Shown here in pieces: positions 9,761 to 18,894 of a stretch of 51,482 nt of DNA. This DNA is from Patescibacteria group bacterium (GTDB lineage Bacteria > Patescibacteriota > Minisyncoccia > Portnoybacterales > UBA2143). Numbering within the stretch: the stretch's first letter is position 1; each line of letters starts with the position of its first letter. The notes under the pieces were generated by a model that saw nothing but the letters and a program-made list of their open reading frames with translations, had not been told where the DNA came from and made no database searches. Made by a program: the position numbers and the translations under genes. Location: NCBI GenBank assembly GCA_018819085.1, contig JAHJQT010000059.1:1-51482 (forward strand). Reading direction: 5' to 3'.

Positions 9761-9824
9761 AATAATGTTGAAAGCTAAAAAATCTATAATTATTAAAATA
9801 AAATTTTAATAAAATATAAAAATT

Positions 9825-10694
9825 TTAAAGCTTAAATTCTTTTTTGCCGTATAAATTTATATAAAAACCAGAAACACCAGCGCATTGATTTTTATAATCG
9901 CACTTTTCGCAAATTTTTAATCTAATCTTTTCAGGATTCTCTTCTAAACAAGGAAAAGCCATGTCTCTATATTTTTTAGGAAAAGCGCAAGCAGGATACT
10001 CAACAAACAAAAATTTTATTTCTGGACTATGTTTAGTATAACATTTAATTAATAATGGCGTCACTTCGCTCATTTTGGCTATAATTTTCTTTGAATCAAT
10101 AATCATTTTATTTAAAGGCATAATATGTCCAATATTCATTTCTTTTATCCCAATATTTGCGTAAAAATCTACCATTTCTTGAAGATAGTTAAAATTCATA
10201 TTAGTAATCATAATATTAAGAACTAAACTAAAATATTTATCTCTTAAAGCAATTATATTTTTAAGTCCCTTAAGTGTTTGTTTAAAGCTTCCAGGAACTA
10301 AAGTATGAGAATCATGAATTTTAGCATTATGTCCTGCTACTGTAACAACTATTTGATTCAGGCCGGCATCTAATAAGCTTTTTGTAAAATTTTTGTAAGA
10401 AAACATTCGTCCATTAGTAGTTATACTAACATGTTTAAAATTTTTACTTTTAGCATAAGAAATAATATCTAAAATATCCTTTCTTAATGTTGGCTCTTGC
10501 CCCATTATGTTTATAAAATCAAAATAACTTCTAATTATATCTATTTCATCTTTTATTGTTTTTAAGCTTTTAACTGGAAAATCATAATTTAATTCAAAAC
10601 AAAAAATGCATCTATTATTGCAATGATCTCCAGCGTAAAGTAAAGGGCTTTTCCCTACTGTGTAATGTTCTGTTTTCTTATAATTATTTTTCAT
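9825..10694 (-). CDS. Radical SAM protein (short family, C-terminal 4-Cys auxiliary motif)
   Basis: CNNRCIFC triad. MGQEPTLRKD, TNGRMFSY and GHNAKIHD motifs. C-terminal YPAC...CEKCDYKNQCAG. Confidence 0.85.
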   Translation of the reverse strand: MKNNYKKTEHYTVGKSPLLYAGDHCNNRCIFCFELNYDFPVKSLKTIKDEIDIIRSYFDFINIMGQEPTLRKDILDIISYAKSKNFKHVSITTNGRMFSYKNFTKSLLDAGLNQIVVTVAGHNAKIHDSHTLVPGSFKQTLKGLKNIIALRDKYFSLVLNIMITNMNFNYLQEMVDFYANIGIKEMNIGHIMPLNKMIIDSKKIIAKMSEVTPLLIKCYTKHSPEIKFLFVEYPACAFPKKYRDMAFPCLEENPEKIRLKICEKCDYKNQCAGVSGFYINLYGKKEFKL

Positions 10695-11659
10695 GTTTCT
10701 AATCCTATATTTATTCTACTTAATTCTTTTATCTCTTTAATTCCATATTTTTTAAAATATTGTTTGGTTATTCCTTGGCATTTATTAAAATATAAACATT
10801 TTTTGCAAAAATCTGTTTTTATTCTGTATTTGTCTTGATATATTATTTTGGAATCCTTACTAATTTTATCAACTCTATGAGAAAAACCATATCCAACTTG
10901 TTTCATAGAATGCCTATATCTTGTTTCTGGAGTAAAAAAAAGAATATGTTCGTTATTAAAAAACTTATTTTCAAAAAGACAAAGCGGAAAATCATAAATA
11001 GTAATATTTATTTTATTTGTTAAATTATAAATTTTATTGATATAAGGAGAAATTTTTTTATAATTTACCATTAATATATCATAATTTTCAGCTCCTTTTC
11101 CATCAGGAATTAAATCAAATATATTCCAACGGCTAGAGCCTAATTTATGCACAAACGATCCAATTTCATAAAGATATTTATAATTAATTTTACTTACCAC
11201 TGTACTGGTTAATAAATTTAATCCTTTTATTTTTTTAATATTTTTTATTCCAGCTATACATTGTTCAAATGATCCTGGCGATCTTGTTGCTCCTTCATGT
11301 AGTTTCTTATTATGCCCATATATTGAAACAGTAATATCTTTTAATCCGGCTTTAACTGCTTTTTTACTAAATTCTGGATAAGAAAACATCCTACCATTGG
11401 TAGTGATTCTAATTTTTTTAAAACCTAATTGATTAGCATAACTAATTAGTTTAAAAAAATCTGATCTTATAGTGACTTCACCGCCAAGAAATTCTATTGT
11501 ATTGTATTTCTTTTGATTATGCGCAGTTTTAATGTCTTCCAATATTTCTGAAGTAGATCTATCTTGCGCCCTGTCATTAATATTAGAACAAAAAATGCAA
11601 TTATTATTGCAAGAAAAACCAGTTAATATTAAAAATGCAATTTCTTCATTTTTATTCAT
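10691..11659 (-). CDS. Radical SAM protein (short family, C-terminal 4-Cys auxiliary motif)
   Basis: CNNNCIFC triad. GGEVTIRSD, TNGRMFSY and GHNKKLHE motifs. C-terminal FPLC...CKKCLYFNKCQG. Confidence 0.85.
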   Translation of the reverse strand: MNKNEEIAFLILTGFSCNNNCIFCSNINDRAQDRSTSEILEDIKTAHNQKKYNTIEFLGGEVTIRSDFFKLISYANQLGFKKIRITTNGRMFSYPEFSKKAVKAGLKDITVSIYGHNKKLHEGATRSPGSFEQCIAGIKNIKKIKGLNLLTSTVVSKINYKYLYEIGSFVHKLGSSRWNIFDLIPDGKGAENYDILMVNYKKISPYINKIYNLTNKINITIYDFPLCLFENKFFNNEHILFFTPETRYRHSMKQVGYGFSHRVDKISKDSKIIYQDKYRIKTDFCKKCLYFNKCQGITKQYFKKYGIKEIKELSRINIGLET

Positions 11660-11862
11660 AATAATTTATTGATTTACTAGTTTAAATTCATCCTAAATAG
11701 ATTTTATTAATTCAAAAGAATATTCTTCATCTGGGGCAAAAATTCAAACAAATCAAAATAGCCATAAGCATAGCCACGATCATTTTCTAACTTTTTCAAA
11801 AATTCTTTAAATACAATAAAAGATTTTTTTGCATTAACATCCATATTTTTTCATTTATTTAA

Positions 11863-12555
11863 TTATTTAAAATAAATAATATTATCTTTTTTATTAAATT
11901 TACTATATTCTTCTAATTTAATAATCTTGTTTTTACAAACCTTAAACTTACATTTTAGATATTCCTGGTATTCTAAAAAATAATTCCTATTATATTCTTT
12001 TAGAATCATTAAATTCTCCTTACCAGCACTTATTGATTTCTTGCAATTAAAAGAATGTGGCAGATGAAATAAGGGATTATTATTTTGACAAATATTAACA
12101 GCTTTATTAAATGAATTCCCGCTAGAATTAGCTAAAATTTTCAAATTTATTAAATCTTGACTCGGCTCAATAAAACCTATCTGCTTTTTTTATTTTCGGC
12201 AAACCAATCAATTAAAAAATCCACAAACCAATCAATACAACAATCAGGATAACCATATATTCTACCTGCTTCTCTATTTGTTTTAATAAGTGCTTCGTCA
12301 TTATGATTCTCACTTCGATATAATTCAATTAATCTATTTATTTTTTTCTTGTTTTTTTTTATTTTTTGAAAAATAAATATGAGCTTTTACTTCTTTACTT
12401 CTCACATCATCTGACTCATTAACTATTTTATAATATAAAGAAAAACTTTTTATTTTTTTGACAAAAAAATCTATTTTCTTTTGAGAAAAACACTCTATCC
12501 TGCCAACAGGTCTAATATCTTTCTTAATAGATAATATATTAATTATTAATTTCAT
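11863..12555 (-). pseudogene. Paralogue of the GYP-x-CC protein (8421..9413), broken into three frame segments by two homopolymer frameshifts
   Basis: Segment 1 is 12334..12555 and segment 3 is 11863..12189 (includes the TTG-start ORF 11863..12144); they share a frame. The middle segment (~12180..12386, other frame) reads ...INRLIELYRSENHNDEALIKTNREAGRIYGYPDCCIDWFVDFLIDWFAENKK. Segment 3 contains HSFNCKKSIS, matching YPCNLDCKKSIS of the intact paralogue. The frame switches coincide with T9/T7 runs at 12341-12360 and a T7 run at 12185-12191. Confidence 0.5.
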
Positions 12556-12563
12556 TTTTTATA

Positions 12564-13460
12564 TTATTTTTTAATCGGTTTAAATTCATCCCAGCCATAA
12601 ATTTCCGGATATTCTCTCCAAGGACCTTCGCAAATTTTGAAATATTTACATTTTGGACAGTTAGGACCTTTTAATTTACCTTTATCTTTACGATACTGAT
12701 GATAATCATTAATCACGAAGCCAGCATCATAAACAATTGAAGGCGGGATAATTCTTTCAGCAATACAATCTTCATATCCCTGCATTAAACAATAAGGAAT
12801 TGCTTCTGTCATTACTCTTTTTTTTGCTTTTATTCCTATATCTAATCCTTTCTTAATATATTTCATTATTTCACTTTTTTTTGGAATAATCCAATCTTTA
12901 TTTTTAGCAGCTGTACCACTAGCATGAATAAAAGCAAATTGAAATTGATTAACATTCAAAGCTACTAATAATTGAGCTATTTTAGGTAAAAATTTAGCAT
13001 TGGTTGAGGTAATAACTGTATTAGTTAAAACATATTGATTTAATTTTTTTAAATTTTTAATTCCTTGAATAGTTTGTTTAAAACTTCCTTCGGCACAAGT
13101 CAAAAAATCATGAATTTTAGCATTATGACCGTGAAGAGCTGGAGAAAATTGAGTGACTCCAGCTTTAATTGTTTTAATACAAAAATCATTATATGCAAAT
13201 AAACGACCGTTTGTTTGAATCTGAATTTCTTTAAATCCTGTCTTTTTAGCATATTTTATCAAATCAAAAAAATCAGGATGAAGACATGGTTCTCCTCCTG
13301 TAAAAACAACTTCTTTTTTTCCTTGTTTAAAGGAATCTTCTAAAGATTTATAAATTTCTTTTTTAGATTTGGCAACACAAAAATTTCTTTTGTCACCTTG
13401 AACACAAAAAAGACAATGATTATTACATCCAAATCCAATTTTTATATCAGCTCTTTGCAT
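12564..13460 (-). CDS. Radical SAM protein (short family, C-terminal 4-Cys auxiliary motif)
   Basis: CNNHCLFC triad. TGGEPCLHPDF, TNGRLFAY and HGHNAKIHD motifs. C-terminal IPYC...CPKCKYFKICEG. Confidence 0.85.
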   Translation of the reverse strand: MQRADIKIGFGCNNHCLFCVQGDKRNFCVAKSKKEIYKSLEDSFKQGKKEVVFTGGEPCLHPDFFDLIKYAKKTGFKEIQIQTNGRLFAYNDFCIKTIKAGVTQFSPALHGHNAKIHDFLTCAEGSFKQTIQGIKNLKKLNQYVLTNTVITSTNAKFLPKIAQLLVALNVNQFQFAFIHASGTAAKNKDWIIPKKSEIMKYIKKGLDIGIKAKKRVMTEAIPYCLMQGYEDCIAERIIPPSIVYDAGFVINDYHQYRKDKGKLKGPNCPKCKYFKICEGPWREYPEIYGWDEFKPIKK

Positions 13461-14811
13461 AATTTTTAATATTAGCTAATGGATCTAATTTATTATAATC
13501 TCCAAAAGCCATTTTGGCTATTTGACGACTTCCTCCTCGACATTTATAAATAAAATTACAATTCTTACATTCTTTAGGTAAATATTCTAAATTTCTCATT
13601 TTTTTCATAAAAGAATTTTGCCAAGCATTCAAAATATTAAGAGGATCTCCAATATTCTCATCCATAAAATAATGCGGTTTAACAAAATTTCTTGGATCAA
13701 TAGCTAATCTTGTATGTCCATCATCAAACAAAGCTCCTTTACTAACACTATTAATTTTATTTAAATTTTTAATAGAGCAAAATGGCAAAGCATTAGCAAT
13801 AAAAACTGGTTTATTTATCTTTTTCCTTAAATTAATTATTTTATCTACTAATATTTTTATAAGTTTTGAATTTAAATTATCTTTTTTTGAAACTAAAATT
13901 GGACGATATAATTCCCATTCATCTATAGGTAAATTAAAAACAAATTTAGCTAATTTATCAAAATTTAAAATATTATCTTTAGTTGCTACCGTACCAATTC
14001 TAATTTTAGGAATTCCAATATCTTTTAATAAATTAATAGCTTCAACTTTTTTCTTTAAAGAAAAATTATAACCAGTTATTTTTGCTTCTTTCTTCTCACT
14101 ATTACTTTCAATGGGAATTAATATGTTATCAACTATATCTTTAAATTTATCGATATTTTTAGAATTAATTAAAGAACAATTAGTGTTTAATCTTGTCTCT
14201 AACCCTTTATCTTTAGCATATTTTATTAATTCAAAAATATCTTTTCTTAAAAGAGGCTCTCCACCAGTAAATCTTATTATTTTTATATTTGCTTTAACAA
14301 TATTATCAATAATTTTCTTAACATAATTAGTACTAAATCTTTTTATATCCCGATTTTCTTTAGAAAAAGAAATATTATTAAAACAGAACTTACATTTAAA
14401 ATTGCATTTTGGTTCAACCTCAATCATAACCTCCCATGGCACATCAGGCAAACAGCAAACTTCTTTAGAATCATATTTATTAAAATATCCTTTAGGAAAT
14501 CCAGAGCACTTATTAGACCAAAAACATTTTTTACAAACTTTATCTTTCTCGCCTTTATATTTATTATCAATAAATATATGATCAATTGATTCTGAATTCA
14601 AAACACAAAAAGGGAAATTTTTTAACCAAACCTGAAAAAAAATCTCCTGATCTAATAAATTATACACAAAGAACATTATCTCCGAAAAACGTGGTAGATT
14701 ATCTATATTCTCAGTTAATTCTATTTCAATTTTTTCTGTTTTATTTTTTTTTAAAACATCAATAAGCCCTGGAAGTGAATTATAATTAAATTTGTCTATT
14801 TTAAATTTCAT
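13447..14811 (-). CDS. Two-module radical SAM/SPASM protein (N-terminal Cys-rich domain related to the tail of the short family, plus an rSAM core and SPASM-type C-terminus)
   Basis: The N-terminal ~115 aa carry FPFC...CKKCFWSNKCSG but no CX3CX2C. The core has CNFKCKFC and TGGEPLLRKD. The C-terminus has CKNCNFIYKCRGG. Confidence 0.8.
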   Translation of the reverse strand: MKFKIDKFNYNSLPGLIDVLKKNKTEKIEIELTENIDNLPRFSEIMFFVYNLLDQEIFFQVWLKNFPFCVLNSESIDHIFIDNKYKGEKDKVCKKCFWSNKCSGFPKGYFNKYDSKEVCCLPDVPWEVMIEVEPKCNFKCKFCFNNISFSKENRDIKRFSTNYVKKIIDNIVKANIKIIRFTGGEPLLRKDIFELIKYAKDKGLETRLNTNCSLINSKNIDKFKDIVDNILIPIESNSEKKEAKITGYNFSLKKKVEAINLLKDIGIPKIRIGTVATKDNILNFDKLAKFVFNLPIDEWELYRPILVSKKDNLNSKLIKILVDKIINLRKKINKPVFIANALPFCSIKNLNKINSVSKGALFDDGHTRLAIDPRNFVKPHYFMDENIGDPLNILNAWQNSFMKKMRNLEYLPKECKNCNFIYKCRGGSRQIAKMAFGDYNKLDPLANIKNYAKS

Positions 14812-14817
14812 AAAAAA

Positions 14818-16170
14818 CTAATCTGACATTAAAGGATCTTTGGCGTTGAAACTGTTAAAAATAAATTTAGCTGAAAAACGACTTCCACCTCGACATTTTT
14901 TAATATACTTACAACCTTTACATTTATTAGGTATATATTTCAAATTTCTCATTCTTTTCATAAAAGGATGATTCCAACAAGCATTAATGTCTAATGGATC
15001 ACCTATATTTTTATTAATATAATAATCTGGCTTTGCAAAACCACGAGGATCAATAGCGTATCTTATATGTCCATCAACTGAAAGAGCGCCATTTGAAACT
15101 TTATTAACTTTTTCAGGGCTATAAGCACAAAAAGGAACAGCATTAACAATATTAAAAACACGACCAGTTGATTCTTGAAACTTAATTAATTTATTAACTA
15201 AATTTTTTAAATCTTTTCTATCCATTGGAAATTTATTTTCTTTCGTAGGAATTGGCCTATATAATTCCCAGTCATCTAAGTCTAATTTCTTAATAACTAA
15301 ATTAAAAATCTTTTCTAGATCATTAATACTTTCTTTAGTAGCTACTGTTCCTGCTCTAATTGTCATTTTACCATAATCCTTAAGAAGATTAATCGCTTTT
15401 ATTTTCTTTTTTAATGAATCTTTATATCCAGTCAAAGAAGATTCTATTTTATTGTTATAGCTTTCGATTGGTAAGAGAATGCTAGAAATATATTCATTTA
15501 ATTTTTTTACTATATTTTTATCACTTATTAATGAACCATTAGTATTTAGACGTATTTTTAATCCATTTGATTTTGCATAATCCATTAATTCCCAAATATC
15601 TTTTCTTAACATTGGCTCGCCACCAGTAAAACGGATTATTTTTACTTTACTTAAAGCAATCGCTTTGATAATTTTTTTAACATAATCTTTACTAAGTCCA
15701 TTAATTTTATCACGACCATCAACAGCAAAAGAATCTTTATTAAAACAAAAAGCACAATTAAAATTACATTTCGTCTCAAGTTCAATCATTATTTCTCTAG
15801 GCAAATCTTCAACTGATTTTATTTGATCCTTATAATATTTAACTTGTGTCTTTAAAATACCACCACAACGTCTTTTATAACGACATTCTTTGCAAATCTT
15901 TAAATGAATTTTATCTTTTGAAAATTCATTTAAAATTAATCTATCTTCTGTTTCATTTATTAAACAATATGGTAGATCCTTGATTTTAATCTGAAAAAAA
16001 ATTTCATAAGTCGTTAATAAATTAACAATTTTGTTAATTTTTTTATAATTAAAACCTTTATCAACAAAAGATAAAAAAAGCTCAATAGATTTTTTATTAT
16101 TAGCTTTTATTTTATTTAAAATCTCAGATAGATTTTTATAATTATTTTCATTTATAATAATTCTTTTCAT
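14818..16170 (-). CDS. Two-module radical SAM/SPASM protein, paralogue of 13447..14811
   Basis: N-terminal LPYC...CKECRYKRRCGG. Core CNFNCAFC and TGGEPMLRKD. C-terminal CKGCKYIKKCRGG. Confidence 0.8.
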   Translation of the reverse strand: MKRIIINENNYKNLSEILNKIKANNKKSIELFLSFVDKGFNYKKINKIVNLLTTYEIFFQIKIKDLPYCLINETEDRLILNEFSKDKIHLKICKECRYKRRCGGILKTQVKYYKDQIKSVEDLPREIMIELETKCNFNCAFCFNKDSFAVDGRDKINGLSKDYVKKIIKAIALSKVKIIRFTGGEPMLRKDIWELMDYAKSNGLKIRLNTNGSLISDKNIVKKLNEYISSILLPIESYNNKIESSLTGYKDSLKKKIKAINLLKDYGKMTIRAGTVATKESINDLEKIFNLVIKKLDLDDWELYRPIPTKENKFPMDRKDLKNLVNKLIKFQESTGRVFNIVNAVPFCAYSPEKVNKVSNGALSVDGHIRYAIDPRGFAKPDYYINKNIGDPLDINACWNHPFMKRMRNLKYIPNKCKGCKYIKKCRGGSRFSAKFIFNSFNAKDPLMSD

Positions 16171-16916
16171 TTATCGAAAATATTTTTATTTCTAATTCTG
16201 TTAATTGGACGCACAACAACTTCTGTTATGTTGCTATTTTTGCTTTGATTAATAATCATTTGAACTATATGAACGATATCGCTAGTTTTTAATGCATATT
16301 TTTTTAAATCTTCATAATTTCTCATACCTCTATTAATAATTGAATCTGTCAAGACAAGTCCTGGATAAATAGTAGCAACTTTAATATTACCTTTCCTTTC
16401 TTGAATCTCTGCTTGCACACTATCAGAAAGAGCACTAAGGGCGGCTTTTGTACTACAATATAAATTCCTCATAGGAAATAAAGAAGGTGTTTTAGAAACT
16501 ATTGAGCCAATATTTATAATTTGTCCATAATTTGATTTTTCTTCCATTTGTTTGATATATTCTCTCATGCAATAAAATACTCCTCCAATATTAGTTCCAA
16601 TAATTTTATTAAAATCAGTTCTAGTCATTTTTTTAATTTCTTTAAATATTAAAAGACCTGCACTATTTATTAAAACATCAATACTTTTAAATTTATCTAT
16701 AACTTTTTCAAACATTAAAATAACATCTTTTTCCTTAGAAACATCAGCTTTTATAATCATTGCATTTTTACTAAAGTCTTTTAAGGCTTTTTTAAGATTT
16801 TCTTGATTATGGCTGACTAAAATTACTATAAATCCTTTTTTATCTAAATTTAAAGCAATTGCTTTGCCAATACCTCGACTTGCACCAGTAATAATAGCTA
16901 TTTTTTTATTTTTCAT
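16167..16916 (-). CDS. Short-chain dehydrogenase/reductase (SDR)
   Basis: TGASRGIGKAIA Rossmann motif and catalytic YCSTKAAL (YxxxK). 4-nt overlap with the upstream gene. Confidence 0.85.
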   Translation of the reverse strand: MKNKKIAIITGASRGIGKAIALNLDKKGFIVILVSHNQENLKKALKDFSKNAMIIKADVSKEKDVILMFEKVIDKFKSIDVLINSAGLLIFKEIKKMTRTDFNKIIGTNIGGVFYCMREYIKQMEEKSNYGQIINIGSIVSKTPSLFPMRNLYCSTKAALSALSDSVQAEIQERKGNIKVATIYPGLVLTDSIINRGMRNYEDLKKYALKTSDIVHIVQMIINQSKNSNITEVVVRPINRIRNKNIFDK

Positions 16917-16934
16917 ATTAATTTCTTTAATTAC

Positions 16935-17918
16935 TTATTTACTAAAAGGTTTTAATTTAGGATATTTAAATTTTTTAATATATCTTATGTCTATACCATT
17001 ACACTTATCTTTTAAATAACAATTATTACATTCTTTTTGAAGTGACCAACAATTATCATTATAGCTATTAATCATTGCTTTGTTTAATTGATGATGTTTA
17101 TCAATTCTTACTACTGTTCTTGTAACATTTGTTTTTTTATATATCGTATCTAAATTTTTTATATGTTTTTTATTTAAATAACACAACGGTATATTTCTTA
17201 ATGTGAATGGTATGTTCTTTTTAAAAAATAAGTTGCATATATTATTGAAAGTTTTAAAAAAATAATCTGGATGGGAAACAAATAACTTATTATTTATATT
17301 TTTAGTATTATTAGGCAAGAAAGGAAGTCTAGGCTCTATGGCGAAAATATCAAAGGATGAATTTAGATAATATTTAGAAAAAACTTTAGTTAAAAATTCT
17401 ATTCCATCATTAATTGCTTTTAAATTAGTTTTAGTAAAAACTGGAATAAAACGAACACGAAATTTATTCCTTGCTAAATTTAATATTGCTTTCTTCCTTT
17501 GTTTAAAAAACTTATCTTCTGGATAAAAATTATTTAATGAAATTTGAAAAGCTGAATAAAAATCTAAATCAGAATTAAAAAATTTTGATAAGTAATTAAT
17601 AAATTCATCAGAAGAACACCTTAAGGCTTCACTAGCTATAATAAATGATTTTATCTTAGAATTCTGAAAATAATTATTCCCTAAAAAATCCATAAGTGGA
17701 ATAATGTTTTTATAAATAAGCGGCTCTCCACCTACTAAAACTAAATCTTTTATTAAATATTTTCTAAAAAAATAAGAAACATTATTTTTTATTTCATTAA
17801 GTGTTAAATCATTTTTACTAATTCTTAGTTTTGGATCAATAAAACAAAATTTACAATTACCCAAACATACATATGTTGGATAAATAAATAAACTAATTTG
17901 TTTGTCTTTGCTAATCAT
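16935..17918 (-). CDS. Radical SAM protein (327-aa subfamily, C-terminal 4-Cys motif)
   Basis: CLGNCKFC triad and VGGEPLIYKN motif. C-terminal IPLC...CNNCYLKDKCNG. Tandem paralogue of 17911..18894. Confidence 0.75.
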   Translation of the reverse strand: MISKDKQISLFIYPTYVCLGNCKFCFIDPKLRISKNDLTLNEIKNNVSYFFRKYLIKDLVLVGGEPLIYKNIIPLMDFLGNNYFQNSKIKSFIIASEALRCSSDEFINYLSKFFNSDLDFYSAFQISLNNFYPEDKFFKQRKKAILNLARNKFRVRFIPVFTKTNLKAINDGIEFLTKVFSKYYLNSSFDIFAIEPRLPFLPNNTKNINNKLFVSHPDYFFKTFNNICNLFFKKNIPFTLRNIPLCYLNKKHIKNLDTIYKKTNVTRTVVRIDKHHQLNKAMINSYNDNCWSLQKECNNCYLKDKCNGIDIRYIKKFKYPKLKPFSK

Positions 17919-18894
17919 TAGATATAAAAGGGTTTAATTTGGGATATTTAAATTTTTTAATATATGTCTTAGTGATACCATTGCACATGTCCTTTAAATT
18001 GCACAACAAGCATTCTTTCTGAAGTTTCCATTTTTCATCACTATAAGTACTAATTTCAGCATATTTTAATTGATGTTGCTTATCAATTCTCACTATTTTC
18101 TTATTTACATCAACTTTTTTATAAGTTTTACTTATTTTATCTAAAATTTTTACACTATCTTTCTTTAAATAACATAATGGTATATTTCTTAATGTAAATG
18201 GTATGTTTTTTTTAAAAAATAAGTTACATATATTATTGAAGGTTTTAAAAAAATAATCTGGATGGGAAACAAATAATTCATTTTCATCTCCTTTTAAGTT
18301 AAAAGGTAATCTTAACTCCACAATAAAATTATGAAACGTTGAATTCGAATAATATCTTAAAAAAAGATCGTTTATGAATTTAGAAATACTTTCTATTTTA
18401 TTAATATTATTTTTAGTAAAGATAATAACAAAACGAACATTAAATTTATTCTTAGCTAAATTTAATATTGCTTGTTTCCTTTTTTTAAAAAATCTGTCTT
18501 CTGGATAGAAATTATTAAGAGAAATATGGATGCATGAATTTAAATCTGAAATAAAAAATTTACTTAAATAATTAACTAATTTTTTAGAAGAGCAATTTAA
18601 TCCTTCTGTACACAGAACAAAAGATTTTATCTTTAAATTCCAGAAATAATTATCACCTAGATAATCCATTAAGGGAATAAAGTCTTTATAAAGAAGAGGA
18701 TCACCGCCCACTAACGCTAATTGATTTATTATATATATTTTTTCTAAATAAAGAATGTTATTTTTTATTTCATCCAAGCTTAGATCATTGCTTCTTTTTC
18801 TTAATTTAGGATCAATAAAACAAAAATTGCAGTTACTTGAACATACATATGTTGGATAAAGAAACAGGATGGATTCTTTTTTTTTATTATTCAT
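17911..18894 (-). CDS. Radical SAM protein (327-aa subfamily, C-terminal 4-Cys motif)
   Basis: CSSNCNFC triad and VGGDPLLYKD motif. C-terminal IPLC...CLLCNLKDMCNG. 8-nt overlaps at both ends. Confidence 0.75.
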   Translation of the reverse strand: MNNKKKESILFLYPTYVCSSNCNFCFIDPKLRKRSNDLSLDEIKNNILYLEKIYIINQLALVGGDPLLYKDFIPLMDYLGDNYFWNLKIKSFVLCTEGLNCSSKKLVNYLSKFFISDLNSCIHISLNNFYPEDRFFKKRKQAILNLAKNKFNVRFVIIFTKNNINKIESISKFINDLFLRYYSNSTFHNFIVELRLPFNLKGDENELFVSHPDYFFKTFNNICNLFFKKNIPFTLRNIPLCYLKKDSVKILDKISKTYKKVDVNKKIVRIDKQHQLKYAEISTYSDEKWKLQKECLLCNLKDMCNGITKTYIKKFKYPKLNPFISND

